Positions 1 through 10,277 of a DNA stretch of 64,000 nucleotides are shown piece by piece. The stretch comes from Chloroflexi bacterium CSP1-4. GTDB lineage: Bacteria > Chloroflexota > Limnocylindria > Limnocylindrales > CSP1-4. The translations under genes and the position numbers were made by a program. Below the pieces are notes generated by a model that was not told the DNA's origin, did not search any database, and saw only the letters and a list, made by a program, of their open reading frames with translations. Within the stretch, counting starts at the first letter, position 1. The number at the start of each line of letters is the position of its first letter. Where the stretch lies: assembly GCA_001443375.1 (NCBI GenBank), contig LDXM01000006.1:18133-82132 (forward strand). Reading direction: 5' to 3'.

Positions 1-4
1 CCGC

Positions 5-1858
5 GTGACGCTGGTGGACACGCCCGGCTACGCCGACTTCGTGGGCGAGGTCGTGGAAGGTTTTGCGGCCGTCGACGCGTCCCTGTTGGCGATGGACGCC
101 TCCGGCGGCGTCGAGGCCGGCACCGAGACGGCCATCGCCCTGGCCCGCCGCATGGGCCGGGCCGCGCTCTTCGTGCTCACGAAGTGCGACCGAGAGAACG
201 CCGACCCGAACCGTGCCCTGGACCGGTTGCGAGAGCAGTTCGGCACCAAGATCGCGCCGCTGCAGCTGGCGATCGGCGCCGGCGATGCGTTCAGCGGCTA
301 CGTCGATCTCGTCCACCGCACGGCGTATCGCTTCGAGAAGGGCGCACGTCAGGAGATGCCGATCCCGACCGAGCTGGAGCCCGAGGTCGCCCGGCGTCGC
401 GACCAACTCCTCGAGGCCGCCGCCGAGGCGGATGACGAGGTGCTGGCCAAGTACCTCGAGGGCGAGGACGTCAGCGACGCGGAGCTTGACGCGTGCCTCC
501 ACAAGGGGGTGCGCGAGAGCATCCTGGCACCGGTCGTGGTCTGCAGCGCCGAGCGGCACATCGGCATCGACGGCGTGCTCGACGCGATCATCCGCTACCT
601 GCCCTCCCCCGACGAGGAGGCGCCCGTCACCGCCCTGGACAAGGGAGGCGACGATATCCTCATGGCCGCAGACCGCGACGGCGCGCTGCTCGTGCGCGTC
701 TTCAAGACGACCGCCGACCCGTTCGTCGGCCGGCTCACCTACCTGCGCGTGCTGTCCGGCGTCCTGAAGAACAACGACCACGCCTGGAATCCTGCGCGCG
801 GGGAGGATGAGCGCATCGGCCAGCTCCTGCTCCTCCACGGCAAGGAGCAGGAGGCTGTCGGCGAGATCGGCGCCGGGGAGATCGGCGCCGTGGCCAAACT
901 CGTGTATACGAAGACCGGGGACTCGCTCTCGAGCCGCGAGCGCCCGCTGCGCCTCCCGCCCCTCGAGTTCCCCGGGCCGACGCTGCCGGTGGCCATCGAG
1001 CCGCAGACGAAGGCCGACCTCGACAAGCTGGGCACCGCGCTGGCACGGCTGCTCGAGGAGGAGCCCACGATCCGCCTCGAACGGCCCGTCGAGACCGGCG
1101 AGCAGGTGCTCTACGCGCAGGGCGAGAACCAGATCGCCGTCATCGGCGAACGCCTGAAGCGCAAGTTCGGGGCGGCCGTGGTGACCCGGCAGCCGCACAT
1201 CCCCTACCGCGAGACGATCCGAAGCCGTTCCAGGGTCGAAGGCCGCTACAAGAAACAGACCGGCGGGCACGGCATGTTCGGGCACGTCTGGCTGGAGATC
1301 GAGCCGAATAACGGCGGCGGTGTCGAGTTCGTCGAGAAGGTCGTCGGCGGCTCCGTGCCCAGGGGCTTCTTCCCCGGCGTGGAGAAGGGCGTGCGCGAGG
1401 TCGCCGCCGAGGGCGCGCTGGCCGGCTACCCGGTCATCGACTTCAAGGCCACACTCGTGGACGGCTCGTTCCACACCGTCGACTCCAACGAGCTCTCCTT
1501 CAAGATCGCCGCCTCGATGGCCACCAAGAAAGGTATCCAGGATTCGAACCCGGTGCTCCTCGAGCCGATCATGGACGTCGTGGTGCGCGTGCCCGAGCAG
1601 TACATGGGCGACGTGAACCGCGACCTCAACACGCGGCGGGGCCGCGTCCTCGGTCTCGACAGCGAGGACGGGATGCAGGTCGTGCGTGCACAGGTGCCGA
1701 TGGCCGAGCTGCCGACGTACGCGACCGAGCTGCGCTCGCTCACCCACGGCCGCGGCTCCTTCAGCGCCGAGCTGGCGACCTACGAGGAGGTGCCGGCGCA
1801 CATCGCGCAGAAGGTCATCGACCTGCACCGCAAGGAACTCGAGGCTGCCGGCCACTAG
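5..1858 (+). CDS. fusA: Elongation factor G family protein (EF-G2-like paralog), 5'-truncated by the window edge
   Basis: DTPGYADF (G3), TKCD (G4 variant), IPYRETI, KKQTGGHGMFG, DGSFHTVDSNE, LLEPIM...GDLN.RRG domain V; P-loop lies upstream of the window. Confidence 0.9.
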   Translation: MTLVDTPGYADFVGEVVEGFAAVDASLLAMDASGGVEAGTETAIALARRMGRAALFVLTKCDRENADPNRALDRLREQFGTKIAPLQLAIGAGDAFSGYVDLVHRTAYRFEKGARQEMPIPTELEPEVARRRDQLLEAAAEADDEVLAKYLEGEDVSDAELDACLHKGVRESILAPVVVCSAERHIGIDGVLDAIIRYLPSPDEEAPVTALDKGGDDILMAADRDGALLVRVFKTTADPFVGRLTYLRVLSGVLKNNDHAWNPARGEDERIGQLLLLHGKEQEAVGEIGAGEIGAVAKLVYTKTGDSLSSRERPLRLPPLEFPGPTLPVAIEPQTKADLDKLGTALARLLEEEPTIRLERPVETGEQVLYAQGENQIAVIGERLKRKFGAAVVTRQPHIPYRETIRSRSRVEGRYKKQTGGHGMFGHVWLEIEPNNGGGVEFVEKVVGGSVPRGFFPGVEKGVREVAAEGALAGYPVIDFKATLVDGSFHTVDSNELSFKIAASMATKKGIQDSNPVLLEPIMDVVVRVPEQYMGDVNRDLNTRRGRVLGLDSEDGMQVVRAQVPMAELPTYATELRSLTHGRGSFSAELATYEEVPAHIAQKVIDLHRKELEAAGH

Positions 1859-1870
1859 GACCGGCGCCGC

Positions 1871-2596
1871 TCACCCCGCCGTGGCGGTCAGGGCCATCGC
1901 GAGATCCAGGCGCCCCTCGTAGAGGGCGCGTCCCAGGATCGCCCCGTCGCAGCCCGCATCCGCGAGCCGACGCAGGTCGTCGATCGTCGTCACACCGCCC
2001 GACGCGATGAGGGTGGCCTCCGGGGCGGCCGATCGGAAACCCCGGTACAGGTCGAGGTCGGGCCCGCCGAGGAGCCCGTCGCGCTCGATGGCGGTGACGG
2101 CCAGGACACGCAGGCCCGCGGCGATGAGGTCGCCCAGCACCTCGAGCGCCGGTCGGCCCGCGGCCCCCTGCCGCCAGGCCTCGCCAACGACGCTCCCGGC
2201 GCGCACGTCGAGGGCGGCGACGATGCGCTCGACACCGTGGCCGGCGACGAGCCGGGATGCGAACCCCGGATCACGCAGGAGCGCCGTGCCCAGCACGACG
2301 CGATCCGCGCCTGCCGCGAGCGCCGCCTCCACACTCGCGGCGTCCCGCAGGCCGCCGGCGACCTGACAGGGCACGCCGGCCCCCGCGATCACCCGCGCCA
2401 CCAGGTCCGCCTGGACGGGACGGCCCTCACGCGCGCCGTCGAGGTCGACGATGTGCAGGCGGGTCGCCCCCTCCCCCACCCACCGCCGGGCGATCAGCAG
2501 CGCGTCGTCGCCATACGTGGTCTCGCGCGCGAAATCGCCCGCCACGAGCCGCACGACGCGGCCTCCGCGCAGGTCGATGGCGGGGATCAGCTCCAC
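1871..2596 (-). CDS. hisA: ProFAR isomerase HisA
   Basis: LIPAIDLRGGRVVRL, LHIVDLDGA, QVAGGLR, IERDGLLGGPD, ASGGV, GRALYEG. Confidence 0.93.
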   Translation of the reverse strand: MELIPAIDLRGGRVVRLVAGDFARETTYGDDALLIARRWVGEGATRLHIVDLDGAREGRPVQADLVARVIAGAGVPCQVAGGLRDAASVEAALAAGADRVVLGTALLRDPGFASRLVAGHGVERIVAALDVRAGSVVGEAWRQGAAGRPALEVLGDLIAAGLRVLAVTAIERDGLLGGPDLDLYRGFRSAAPEATLIASGGVTTIDDLRRLADAGCDGAILGRALYEGRLDLAMALTATAG

Positions 2597-2608
2597 GGGT
2601 TGACGGGC

Positions 2609-2662
2609 CGTGCAGTCATCTGATAGCGTTGTACCATGCTACAACGATACCATGACTGCACG
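2609..2662. promoter_or_regulatory. Nested inverted repeat: probable HisR/TrpR-family operator with face-to-face extended -10 elements
   Basis: CGTTGTA-N6-TACAACG (2627-2646) inside cgtgcagtcat/atgactgcacg (2609-2619/2652-2662); TGATAGCGT on + (2621-2629) and TGGTATCGT on - (2652-2644). Confidence 0.7.
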
Positions 2663-2685
2663 TCCTTCCGGTCGAGGCGCCCCTG

Positions 2686-3003
2686 ATGCGCGAGTTCGAG
2701 GACTGGCGGACCCCGGCCACGGGGGATCTCCTGGACGCGATCCTGGCCCTCCCCGACCGAGACGAGGCCGAACGGTTCCTGCGCGACCTGTGCACGCTGC
2801 GTGAGATCCACGACCTGGCGCAGCGCTGGCAGGTCGTCCGGCTGCTCCAGGAAGGGCTCCATTACGCCGAGATCTCGGGTCGCACCGGCGCGAGCACGGC
2901 GACGATCACCCGCATCGCCTCCTGGCTCCACCACGGGACCGGCGGCTACAGGGCCGCCCTGGCGCGGACGAAGGGCCGGGCGGCCACGGCGACCGGTCGA
3001 TGA
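2686..3003 (+). CDS. YerC/YecD family TrpR-related transcriptional regulator (HisR-like)
   Basis: FLRDLCTLREIHDLAQRWQV...Y.EI...TGASTATITRIA signature; first gene of the his operon. Confidence 0.88.
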   Translation: MREFEDWRTPATGDLLDAILALPDRDEAERFLRDLCTLREIHDLAQRWQVVRLLQEGLHYAEISGRTGASTATITRIASWLHHGTGGYRAALARTKGRAATATGR

Positions 3004-3863
3004 CACCGGATCGCCTGCGCCTGGCCGTCCCCAACAAGGGCCGGCTGCTCGAGCCGACCCTGCGCCTCCTGCGCGACGCCGGGCTCGAGTTCGAGGACCA
3101 GTCGCGCGCGCTCGTCAGTCACGCCGAGAACGTGCCGCTCGACATCCTGCACGTTCGTACCGAGGACATCGTCGAGCTGGTGGGCGACGGCGTCGCCGAC
3201 CTCGGCATCACCGGTACGAATCTGCTGGCGGAGGCCGACGTCCAGCTTCCCGTGCGCCTGGAGCTGGGCTACGGCCGTTGTCGTCTCGAAGCCGCAGTCC
3301 CGGTTGACGATGAGGCGGTCTCATTCGAGCAGCTCGCCGGCCGGCGCCTGGCCACGAGCCACCCTGCGACGACGCGACGCTTCTTCGGCGAGCGCGGCAT
3401 CGACGTCGCCATCGTGCCGCTCAGTGGTTCCGTCGAGGTGGCGCCCCGTCTGGGCCTGGCCGAGGGGATCGTCGACCTCGTCTCCACGGGCTCGACACTG
3501 ATCATGAACGGGCTGCGCTCGGTCGGCTGTCTGCTCGAGAGCCAGGCCGTGCTGGTCGGCCGGCCCTCGGCCGTGGCGCGACGCGACGCCACGGTCGACG
3601 AGGTCGTGACGGTGCTCGGCGCGGTCGTCGCCGGCCGGCGCCGGAAGTACCTGATGATGAACGCACCGCGCCGAGCGCTCAGCGCCATCGAGGCGATCCT
3701 GCCCGGGCTCGCATCGCCGAGCGTCATCCCGCTCGCCCACGACGACATGGTCGCCGTCCACGCCGTGGTCGAGGACGCGGACGTATGGCGCATGCTCCCG
3801 CCGCTGCGCGCGGCCGGGGCGTCGGGCATCCTCGTGGTGCCCATCGAGAAGCTCGTCCCGTGA
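3000..3863 (+). CDS. hisG: ATP phosphoribosyltransferase (long form)
   Basis: LAVPNKGRL, DLGITG, GSVEVAPRLGLAEGIVDLVSTGSTL, C-terminal regulatory domain ending IEKL. Confidence 0.95.
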   Translation: MTPDRLRLAVPNKGRLLEPTLRLLRDAGLEFEDQSRALVSHAENVPLDILHVRTEDIVELVGDGVADLGITGTNLLAEADVQLPVRLELGYGRCRLEAAVPVDDEAVSFEQLAGRRLATSHPATTRRFFGERGIDVAIVPLSGSVEVAPRLGLAEGIVDLVSTGSTLIMNGLRSVGCLLESQAVLVGRPSAVARRDATVDEVVTVLGAVVAGRRRKYLMMNAPRRALSAIEAILPGLASPSVIPLAHDDMVAVHAVVEDADVWRMLPPLRAAGASGILVVPIEKLVP

Positions 3864-5200
3864 GCGTCGCCTTCGCGCGCCTCCGCCGCGTCCGCCTGGC
3901 CGACTGCTCCGTGACCGAGCGCGCCGCGCTCGTCGAGCGCAGCGCGAGCGCCTCGTCGGACGTGCGGGAGGGCGCCCGTGCGATCGTCGACGAGGTTCGG
4001 CGCGGCGGGGACGCCGCCCTGCGCGCGGCGAACGCCCGGTTCGGCGGTGGGCTTGCCCCCAGCGCCGGCGTGCCGGCACCGCTGCGCGTCTCCGCCACGG
4101 AGCTGGCCGCCGCCCGGGATGCCCTGCCCGATGTTCTGCGGGACGCCCTGCTCGCGATGGCCCGCAACATCGAGGCCTTCCACGCCGTCCAGGTGCCGCC
4201 ACGCGAGCAATGGGTCCAGGTCGCCCCGGGCATCCGGGTCGGGCGCGCCTGGCGAGCGCTCGACCGCGTCGGCGCCTACGTCCCCGGTGGCGAAGCCTCC
4301 TACCCCTCGTCACTCCTCATGAGCGCCATCCCGGCTCGCCTGGCGGGTGTCCGGGAGCTGGTCGTGGCCAGCCCCGCCGGGCGCGACGGACGCGTCTCAA
4401 CGGCGCTCCTCGGCGCCGCGGGGCTCATGGGCGTCGACGAGTTCTACGCCATGGGCGGAGCCCAGGCCATCGGCGCCCTGGCCCACGGCACGGAGAGCAT
4501 CGGGCCTGTGGACCGCATCGTCGGTCCGGGCAACGCCTGGGTGACGGCGGCCAAGCTGGAGGTCCTGGGCACAACCTCGATCGACTTCCCCGCCGGTCCG
4601 TCCGAGGTGATGGTCCTTGCCGACGGGACCGCCGAGCCGGCCCACGTCGCCGCCGACCTGCTCAGCCAGGCTGAGCACGGGCCCGATTCGGCTGCCGTCC
4701 TCGTGACCACCTCGCCCGTCCTCGCCGACGCCGTCGAGGCCGAGGTCGCCCGCCAGCTGCCGGCCCTGCCTCGCCAGGCGTTCCTGCAGGCCTCACTGGC
4801 CTCGGCCGGCCTCGTAGTGGAGGCAGCCGACCTCGACGAAGCGCTCGACTTCGTCAACGCCTACGCACCGGAGCACCTGTCGATCGTCGTGGCCCGCGAT
4901 GATCGGGCGTTCGCGGCGGTCCGGCACGCGGGCTCCGTCTTCCTCGGTGCCTGGGCGCCCGAGTCGGCCGGGGACTATGCGACGGGATCGAACCATGTCC
5001 TGCCCACCGGCCGCCTGGCGCGCGCCTACGGTGCGCTCGGCGTGGAGTCCTTCGGCAAGTGGGTCCAGGTGCAGCGGGTGACGCGCGAGGGCTTGGCCGC
5101 CATCCGGCACACGGTCGCGGTCGTGGCGGAAGCGGAGGGCCTGACCGCCCACCGCCGCGCCGTGGACATCCGCTTCGAGATGGGAGACGCCGCGCCATGA
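3860..5200 (+). CDS. hisD: Histidinol dehydrogenase
   Basis: GAYVPGG, GGAQAI, GPGNAWV, PAGPSE, DLLSQAEH, APEHL, GDYATGSNHVLPT; GTG start overlaps the hisG stop (GTGA). Confidence 0.95.
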   Translation: MSVAFARLRRVRLADCSVTERAALVERSASASSDVREGARAIVDEVRRGGDAALRAANARFGGGLAPSAGVPAPLRVSATELAAARDALPDVLRDALLAMARNIEAFHAVQVPPREQWVQVAPGIRVGRAWRALDRVGAYVPGGEASYPSSLLMSAIPARLAGVRELVVASPAGRDGRVSTALLGAAGLMGVDEFYAMGGAQAIGALAHGTESIGPVDRIVGPGNAWVTAAKLEVLGTTSIDFPAGPSEVMVLADGTAEPAHVAADLLSQAEHGPDSAAVLVTTSPVLADAVEAEVARQLPALPRQAFLQASLASAGLVVEAADLDEALDFVNAYAPEHLSIVVARDDRAFAAVRHAGSVFLGAWAPESAGDYATGSNHVLPTGRLARAYGALGVESFGKWVQVQRVTREGLAAIRHTVAVVAEAEGLTAHRRAVDIRFEMGDAAP

Positions 5201-6297
5201 CCGATGCCGCCCGCCGCACCGGTACCACCCAGGTCTACACCTGGGAACCCTCCAACCAGGCCATCGCCGCGCGGTACGGCGTGCGCCCCGAGGATGTCGT
5301 GCGCTTCGACACGAACACCTCGCCGGCCGAGCCGGCCGGGCTGGCCGGCGCGCTCGCGGGGCCGTTCGACCCGAGCCTCAACGAGTACCCCGACAGCGAG
5401 TACGCGGAGCTCACCGCGGCGGCCGCCGCGTACACGGGCGTCGACCCGGGCGAGATCGTCGTCGGCGCCGGCGCCGACGAGGTCCTCGACATCATCGCCA
5501 AGACCTTCCTGCCGGCCGCCGGCGCGGCGATCGTGCCCATCCCGACCTACGGCATGTACGGTGTCCTGACATCGCAGCGTGCCGCCCGGGCGATCGCGGT
5601 CCCCCGGCGCGGGACAGACGGCGCCTTCGGGCTCGACCTGGATCGCCTCCTCCCCCTCCTGGCCGAGGCGCAGGTCGTGTGGCTCGCGGTGCCCAACAAC
5701 CCGACCGGCGCGGATGAGCCGGAGGCCAACCTGCTGGCGCTCCTCGACGCCGCCGCGGCGCTCGGGCCCCAGGCACCGGCGATCGTCGTGGACGAGGCCT
5801 ACCACGAGTTCACCGGACGGACGGCCATCCCGCTGCGCGACCGCTATCCGCATCTCATCGTCGTGCGCACGCTCTCCAAGGCCTTCGCCCTGCCCGGCAT
5901 CCGCATCGGCTATGCCGTGGCCGCCCGCGCGACGATCGCGCGCCTCGAACGCGTCCGGCCGCCGGGCAGCGTCTCCACGGTCTCGGCGACCATCGGCGCG
6001 GCGGCGCTGCGAGCGCCGGCGACCGCCGTCGAGAATGTGCGGCGGCTGGTCGAGGAACGGAGCCGCTTCGCCGCCGCGCTCACCGCCGCCGGGTGGACGC
6101 CGCATCCCTCGGTCACGAACTTCCTCCTCGTGCGCATCGGCAGCCACGAGCAGGCCGAGGAAGCCGCCGAGCGGCTGCTGCACCGCGGCCTGGTGCCGCG
6201 CACGTTCGGGCCGGCCAACCCGCTGCGCGGCCACCTGCGCCTGACGGTGCGCTCCGCGGCCGAAAACGCGCGGCTCGTCGAGGCCATCGGCGCATGA
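5197..6297 (+). CDS. hisC: Histidinol-phosphate aminotransferase
   Basis: GAGADE, PNNPTG, VDEAYHEF, RTLSKAFALPGIRIGY; ATGA overlap. Confidence 0.93.
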   Translation: MTDAARRTGTTQVYTWEPSNQAIAARYGVRPEDVVRFDTNTSPAEPAGLAGALAGPFDPSLNEYPDSEYAELTAAAAAYTGVDPGEIVVGAGADEVLDIIAKTFLPAAGAAIVPIPTYGMYGVLTSQRAARAIAVPRRGTDGAFGLDLDRLLPLLAEAQVVWLAVPNNPTGADEPEANLLALLDAAAALGPQAPAIVVDEAYHEFTGRTAIPLRDRYPHLIVVRTLSKAFALPGIRIGYAVAARATIARLERVRPPGSVSTVSATIGAAALRAPATAVENVRRLVEERSRFAAALTAAGWTPHPSVTNFLLVRIGSHEQAEEAAERLLHRGLVPRTFGPANPLRGHLRLTVRSAAENARLVEAIGA

Positions 6298-6914
6298 GCG
6301 GCACGATCGGTCGAGCGCGCACGGCCGAGGTCCGCCGCACCACGCGGGAGACCGACGTGACCGTGCGCCTCGACCTCGACGGCATCGGCACGGCCGACGT
6401 GCGCACCGGCGTGGGCCTCTACGACCACCTGTGGACCTCGTTCGCCCACCACGCCCTGGTGGACCTCGCCGTGGCCGCGACCGGCGACCTCGAGGTGGAC
6501 GAGCACCACACGGTCGAGGACGTCGCCCTCGTCGTGGGCAGTGCCCTCTCGCAGGCGCTCGGCGACCGCTCCGGTATCCGCCGCTTCGGCGACGCGTCCG
6601 TGCCCATGGACGAGGCGTTCGCGAGCGCCGTCGTGGACTGCTCCGGGCGGCCGTACGCCGTGCTCGACCTGGCCTTCCGCGGCGAGCGGATCGGCGCCCT
6701 CTCGACGCAGCTCATCGAGCACGCCCTCGAGGCGTTCGCGCGCTCGGCCGGCCTGACGCTCCACCTCCGCGCCGCCGGCCGCAACGACCACCACGTCGCC
6801 GAGGCCGCCTTCAAGGCGCTCGCGCTCGCCGTGCGCGAGGCCACCGAGTCCGATCCGCGGCGCAGCGGCATCGCCTCCACGAAGGGGACCCTCGACCCGG
6901 GGTCCGCCACGTGA
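6294..6914 (+). CDS. hisB: Imidazoleglycerol-phosphate dehydratase
   Basis: RTTRETDV, DEHHTVEDV, PMDEA, NDHHVAEAAFKA, STKG. Confidence 0.95.
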   Translation: MSGTIGRARTAEVRRTTRETDVTVRLDLDGIGTADVRTGVGLYDHLWTSFAHHALVDLAVAATGDLEVDEHHTVEDVALVVGSALSQALGDRSGIRRFGDASVPMDEAFASAVVDCSGRPYAVLDLAFRGERIGALSTQLIEHALEAFARSAGLTLHLRAAGRNDHHVAEAAFKALALAVREATESDPRRSGIASTKGTLDPGSAT

Positions 6915-7528
6915 CCCCGGTGCGCGCGGCGGTCGTCGATCACGGCGCCGGCAACCTCGTCAGCGTGCGCGCCGCGCTCGAGGCGGCCGGAGCCGTCGTC
7001 ACCATCGCCAGCCGGCCCTCCGGCCTGGCCGGCGTGTCGCTCATCGTGGTCCCGGGCGTCGGCGCCAGCCGGCCGGCCATGGCGCGGCTGCGCCGGAGCG
7101 GGCTCGACGACGCGATCCGCGCGTCGCTCGACGACGGCGCCTGGTACCTCGGCATCTGCCTCGGCCTGCAACTCCTCTTCGAGCGCTCCGAGGAGGACGG
7201 TGCGGAACTGCTCGGCCTGCTCGGCGGCACGGTGCGCCCCATCGTCGGCGCGCCGCGGCTGCCACACATCGGCTGGAACGCCATCGAGCGTCGCCGCCGC
7301 CACTCCCTCCTCGAGGGCATCCCCGATGGAGCCGCCGCCTACTTCGTCCACTCCTTCGTGGGCGTCCCCGACGACCCGTCGGTGGTCCTCGCCCAGACCG
7401 AGCACGGGGGGCGCTTCCCGAGCGTCGTCGCGTCGGGCCGGCTGCTCGGCACGCAGTTCCACCCGGAGCGTTCCGGGAGCCGCGGGCTGCGCCTGCTCGC
7501 CAACGCCGTGGCCCTCGCGGGCGCCTGA
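6911..7528 (+). CDS. hisH: IGP synthase glutaminase subunit
   Basis: GNLVSV, PGVG, GICLGLQLL, PHIGWN, YFVHSF, QFHPERS. Confidence 0.95.
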   Translation: MTPVRAAVVDHGAGNLVSVRAALEAAGAVVTIASRPSGLAGVSLIVVPGVGASRPAMARLRRSGLDDAIRASLDDGAWYLGICLGLQLLFERSEEDGAELLGLLGGTVRPIVGAPRLPHIGWNAIERRRRHSLLEGIPDGAAAYFVHSFVGVPDDPSVVLAQTEHGGRFPSVVASGRLLGTQFHPERSGSRGLRLLANAVALAGA

Positions 7529-7531
7529 GCG

Positions 7532-8308
7532 ATGCTGCTCCGTCGCGTCATCCCCTGCCTCGACGTGGCCGGCGGCCGCGTCGTGAAGGGCACGCGCTTC
7601 GTGGACTTGCGGGATGCGGGGGATCCGGCCGAGCTGGCGGCCCGCTATGCTGCGGCCGGTGCCGACGAGATCGTCCTCCTCGACATCACCGCCGCGCCGG
7701 AGGGCCGCGCGACGCTGCTGGAGCTGGTCGAGCGGACCGCGCGGCGGCTGTTCGTGCCCCTCACCGTGGGCGGCGGCGTGCGCTCCACGGCGGGCATGCG
7801 AGCGGTGCTCCGCGCCGGCGCCGACAAAGTGGCCGTGAACACGGCCGCCATCGCCGACCCGGGACTCATCCGTCGCTGCGCGCGCGTCTTCGGGCGGCAG
7901 TGCGTCGTCGTCGCCGTTGACGTGCGGGCCGTGTCGGCGGACGGCGGCTGGGAGGTGCTTGCCCGCGGCGGCCGGGACGCGACCGGCCTGGATGCCGTGG
8001 CCTGGGTTCGCCGCGCCGCCGGGCTGGGGGCCGGTGAGATCCTCCTCACGTCGATCGACCGCGACGGCACGCGCTCGGGGTTCGACCTGGACCTGCTGCG
8101 CGCCGTGACGGCGGTCGTGGATGTGCCGCTCATCGCGTCGGGCGGTGCGGGCACGCCCGCCGACATGGTGGCGGCCATCGTCGAGGGCGGCGCCGACGCC
8201 GTCCTCGCCGCGTCGGTCTTCCATCGCGGCATCCACTCGATCGCCTCGGTCAAGGCCGCCCTGGCGGCCGCGGGCGTGCCGGTGCGGCCCGTGGAGGAGG
8301 CCGCCTGA
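7532..8308 (+). CDS. hisF: IGP synthase cyclase subunit
   Basis: [42 protein letters not shown]. Confidence 0.96.
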   Translation: MLLRRVIPCLDVAGGRVVKGTRFVDLRDAGDPAELAARYAAAGADEIVLLDITAAPEGRATLLELVERTARRLFVPLTVGGGVRSTAGMRAVLRAGADKVAVNTAAIADPGLIRRCARVFGRQCVVVAVDVRAVSADGGWEVLARGGRDATGLDAVAWVRRAAGLGAGEILLTSIDRDGTRSGFDLDLLRAVTAVVDVPLIASGGAGTPADMVAAIVEGGADAVLAASVFHRGIHSIASVKAALAAAGVPVRPVEEAA

Positions 8309-8985
8309 TGGCCGCCGCCCGAGTCGTCCCCCGCTGGGGCGCGGATGGGCTCGTCCCGGGCATCGTGCAGGACGCCGCCGATGGTCGGGTGCTGATGCTC
8401 GGCTGGCTCGACGCGGAGGCTCTCGCCGCGACGCTGGACAGCGGCCAGGTCCACTTCCACTCCCGCTCCCGCGACCGGCTGTGGCGGAAGGGCGAGGAGA
8501 GCGGCAACGTTCTGCGGCTCGTCGGGCTCGCCCTCGACTGCGACGGCGACGCGCTCCTGCTGACGGTGGAGCCGGCCGGCCCCGCCTGCCACACGGGCGA
8601 TCGCTCCTGCTTCGATGCCGGGCTCGCCCACGGGCGCACGGCGTTCGCCGCCGGGACGCCGCAGGGCTTCGGCTGGCTCGAGACCCTCTGGGCGACCATC
8701 GGCGATCGAGCCGAGCGGATGCCCCCGGACTCCTACACGACGAGCCTGCTGCGCGGCGGCGTGGACGCCGTGGCGCGCAAGGTCGCCGAGGAGGCGGTCG
8801 AGGTCGTCATCGCGGCCAAGGACGACGCTCATGCGGAGGCGGCCGATGCAGATCGCCCCTGGGCCAGTGCAGCGCTGGCCGGCGAGGTTGCCGACCTGCT
8901 GTACCACGCGCTGGTGCTGTGCGCCCAGCGGGGCCTCTCCCCGAGCGCAGTGCTCAACGTCCTCCGCGGCCGCCACGCGGCCTGA
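8308..8985 (+). CDS. hisIE: Bifunctional PR-AMP cyclohydrolase / PR-ATP pyrophosphatase
   Basis: [53 protein letters not shown]. Confidence 0.95.
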   Translation: MAAARVVPRWGADGLVPGIVQDAADGRVLMLGWLDAEALAATLDSGQVHFHSRSRDRLWRKGEESGNVLRLVGLALDCDGDALLLTVEPAGPACHTGDRSCFDAGLAHGRTAFAAGTPQGFGWLETLWATIGDRAERMPPDSYTTSLLRGGVDAVARKVAEEAVEVVIAAKDDAHAEAADADRPWASAALAGEVADLLYHALVLCAQRGLSPSAVLNVLRGRHAA

Positions 8986-8987
8986 GC

Positions 8988-10277
8988 TCAGCGCCGGACG
9001 CGCCCGATGGCCAACCGCTTCTTCCCGGCACGCACCACGAGCCACTCCCCGGCGATCGGGGTCACGGCCTCATCCGTGGCCGTCACGCGCCGCTCGTTGA
9101 GGGAGAGCCCGCCCTGGGCGATGGCACGCCGTACCTCGCCGCTCGAGGCGTAGAGGCCCGACGCGAGCGCCACGGCCAGCGCCCCGGCGCGCAGGGCCTC
9201 GTCGCCGATCTCGAAGCCCCCGAGCGCGGCGTGAAGGTCGGCCAGCACCGCCGGGTCCTCGATGGGCCCGCCGCCGCCAAAGGCTGCTTCGGCCACGTGC
9301 ACCTGGCGCTGCGCCTCGTCGTTGCCGTGGACGCGCGCGGTCAGGTCGAACGCAAATGCGCGCTGGCCCGGGCGGCGTTCCGGGTGGGCGGCCTGCTCGG
9401 CCTCGAGCGCTTCGACCTCCTCGCGCCCGAGCAGCGTCAGCCAGCGCAGCAGCGTGCTCACCATCGCGTCCGGCTGGTTGAGCAAGTACTGGTAGAAGTC
9501 GTACGGCCGCGTCAGCTCCGGGTCGAGGAAGACGGCGCCCTGCTCGGTCTTGCCCATCTTCTCGCCGCCCGGCGCGATCAGCAGCGGGCTGCACAGCGCG
9601 TACGCGGCTGGCTCCTCCCCCTCTTCACGCCCCTCGACGCGCCGGATCAGCTCCAGACCGGCAGTGATGTTGCCCCACTGGTCGGCGCCGCCCATCTGCA
9701 TCTCCACCCCGTGCTCACGGAAGAGGTGCAGGAAGTCGGCCGCCTGCAGGGTCATGTAGCTGAACTCGGTGAAGGAGAGTCCCGCCGCCATGCGCTGCTG
9801 GACGGATTCCTTGGACAACATGTAGGCGACGGTGAAATGCTTCCCGATGTCGCGCAGGAACTCGAGCAGCGACCATCGGCCCAACCAGGCGCGGTTGTCG
9901 AGCATGACCGCCCCGGCGGAGCCGGCGGAGAAGTCGAGGAAGCGCCCCAGCTGGGTGCGGAACCGCGCCCCGTTCGCGTCGAGCGTCGCATCGTCGAGGA
10001 GGTTCCGCTCGGCGCTCTTGCCCGTCGGGTCGCCGATCATGCCGGTGCCGCCGCCGATCAGGGCGACCGGCCGCCCTCCGGCCCGCTGGAGGTGCGTGAG
10101 CAGGAAGACCTGCACGAGATGCCCGACGTGCAGTGAGGGCCCGGTCGGGTCGAAGCCGACGTAGGCGCTGATCGGTCCGCGCGCGAGGCGGGTCTCGAGA
10201 CCGGCCGTGCGGTCCTGGATCAGGCCGCGCCAGCCGAGCTCCTCGATGAACCGGCGGGAGTCGAGGGGGGCGGGCAT
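8988..10277 (-). CDS. tyrS: Tyrosine--tRNA ligase
   Basis: YVGFDPTGPSLHVGH, GMIGDP, FTEFSY.TLQA.DF, QMGGADQWGNI, KMGKT, S4-like C-terminus with GKK. Confidence 0.96.
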   Translation of the reverse strand: MPAPLDSRRFIEELGWRGLIQDRTAGLETRLARGPISAYVGFDPTGPSLHVGHLVQVFLLTHLQRAGGRPVALIGGGTGMIGDPTGKSAERNLLDDATLDANGARFRTQLGRFLDFSAGSAGAVMLDNRAWLGRWSLLEFLRDIGKHFTVAYMLSKESVQQRMAAGLSFTEFSYMTLQAADFLHLFREHGVEMQMGGADQWGNITAGLELIRRVEGREEGEEPAAYALCSPLLIAPGGEKMGKTEQGAVFLDPELTRPYDFYQYLLNQPDAMVSTLLRWLTLLGREEVEALEAEQAAHPERRPGQRAFAFDLTARVHGNDEAQRQVHVAEAAFGGGGPIEDPAVLADLHAALGGFEIGDEALRAGALAVALASGLYASSGEVRRAIAQGGLSLNERRVTATDEAVTPIAGEWLVVRAGKKRLAIGRVRR

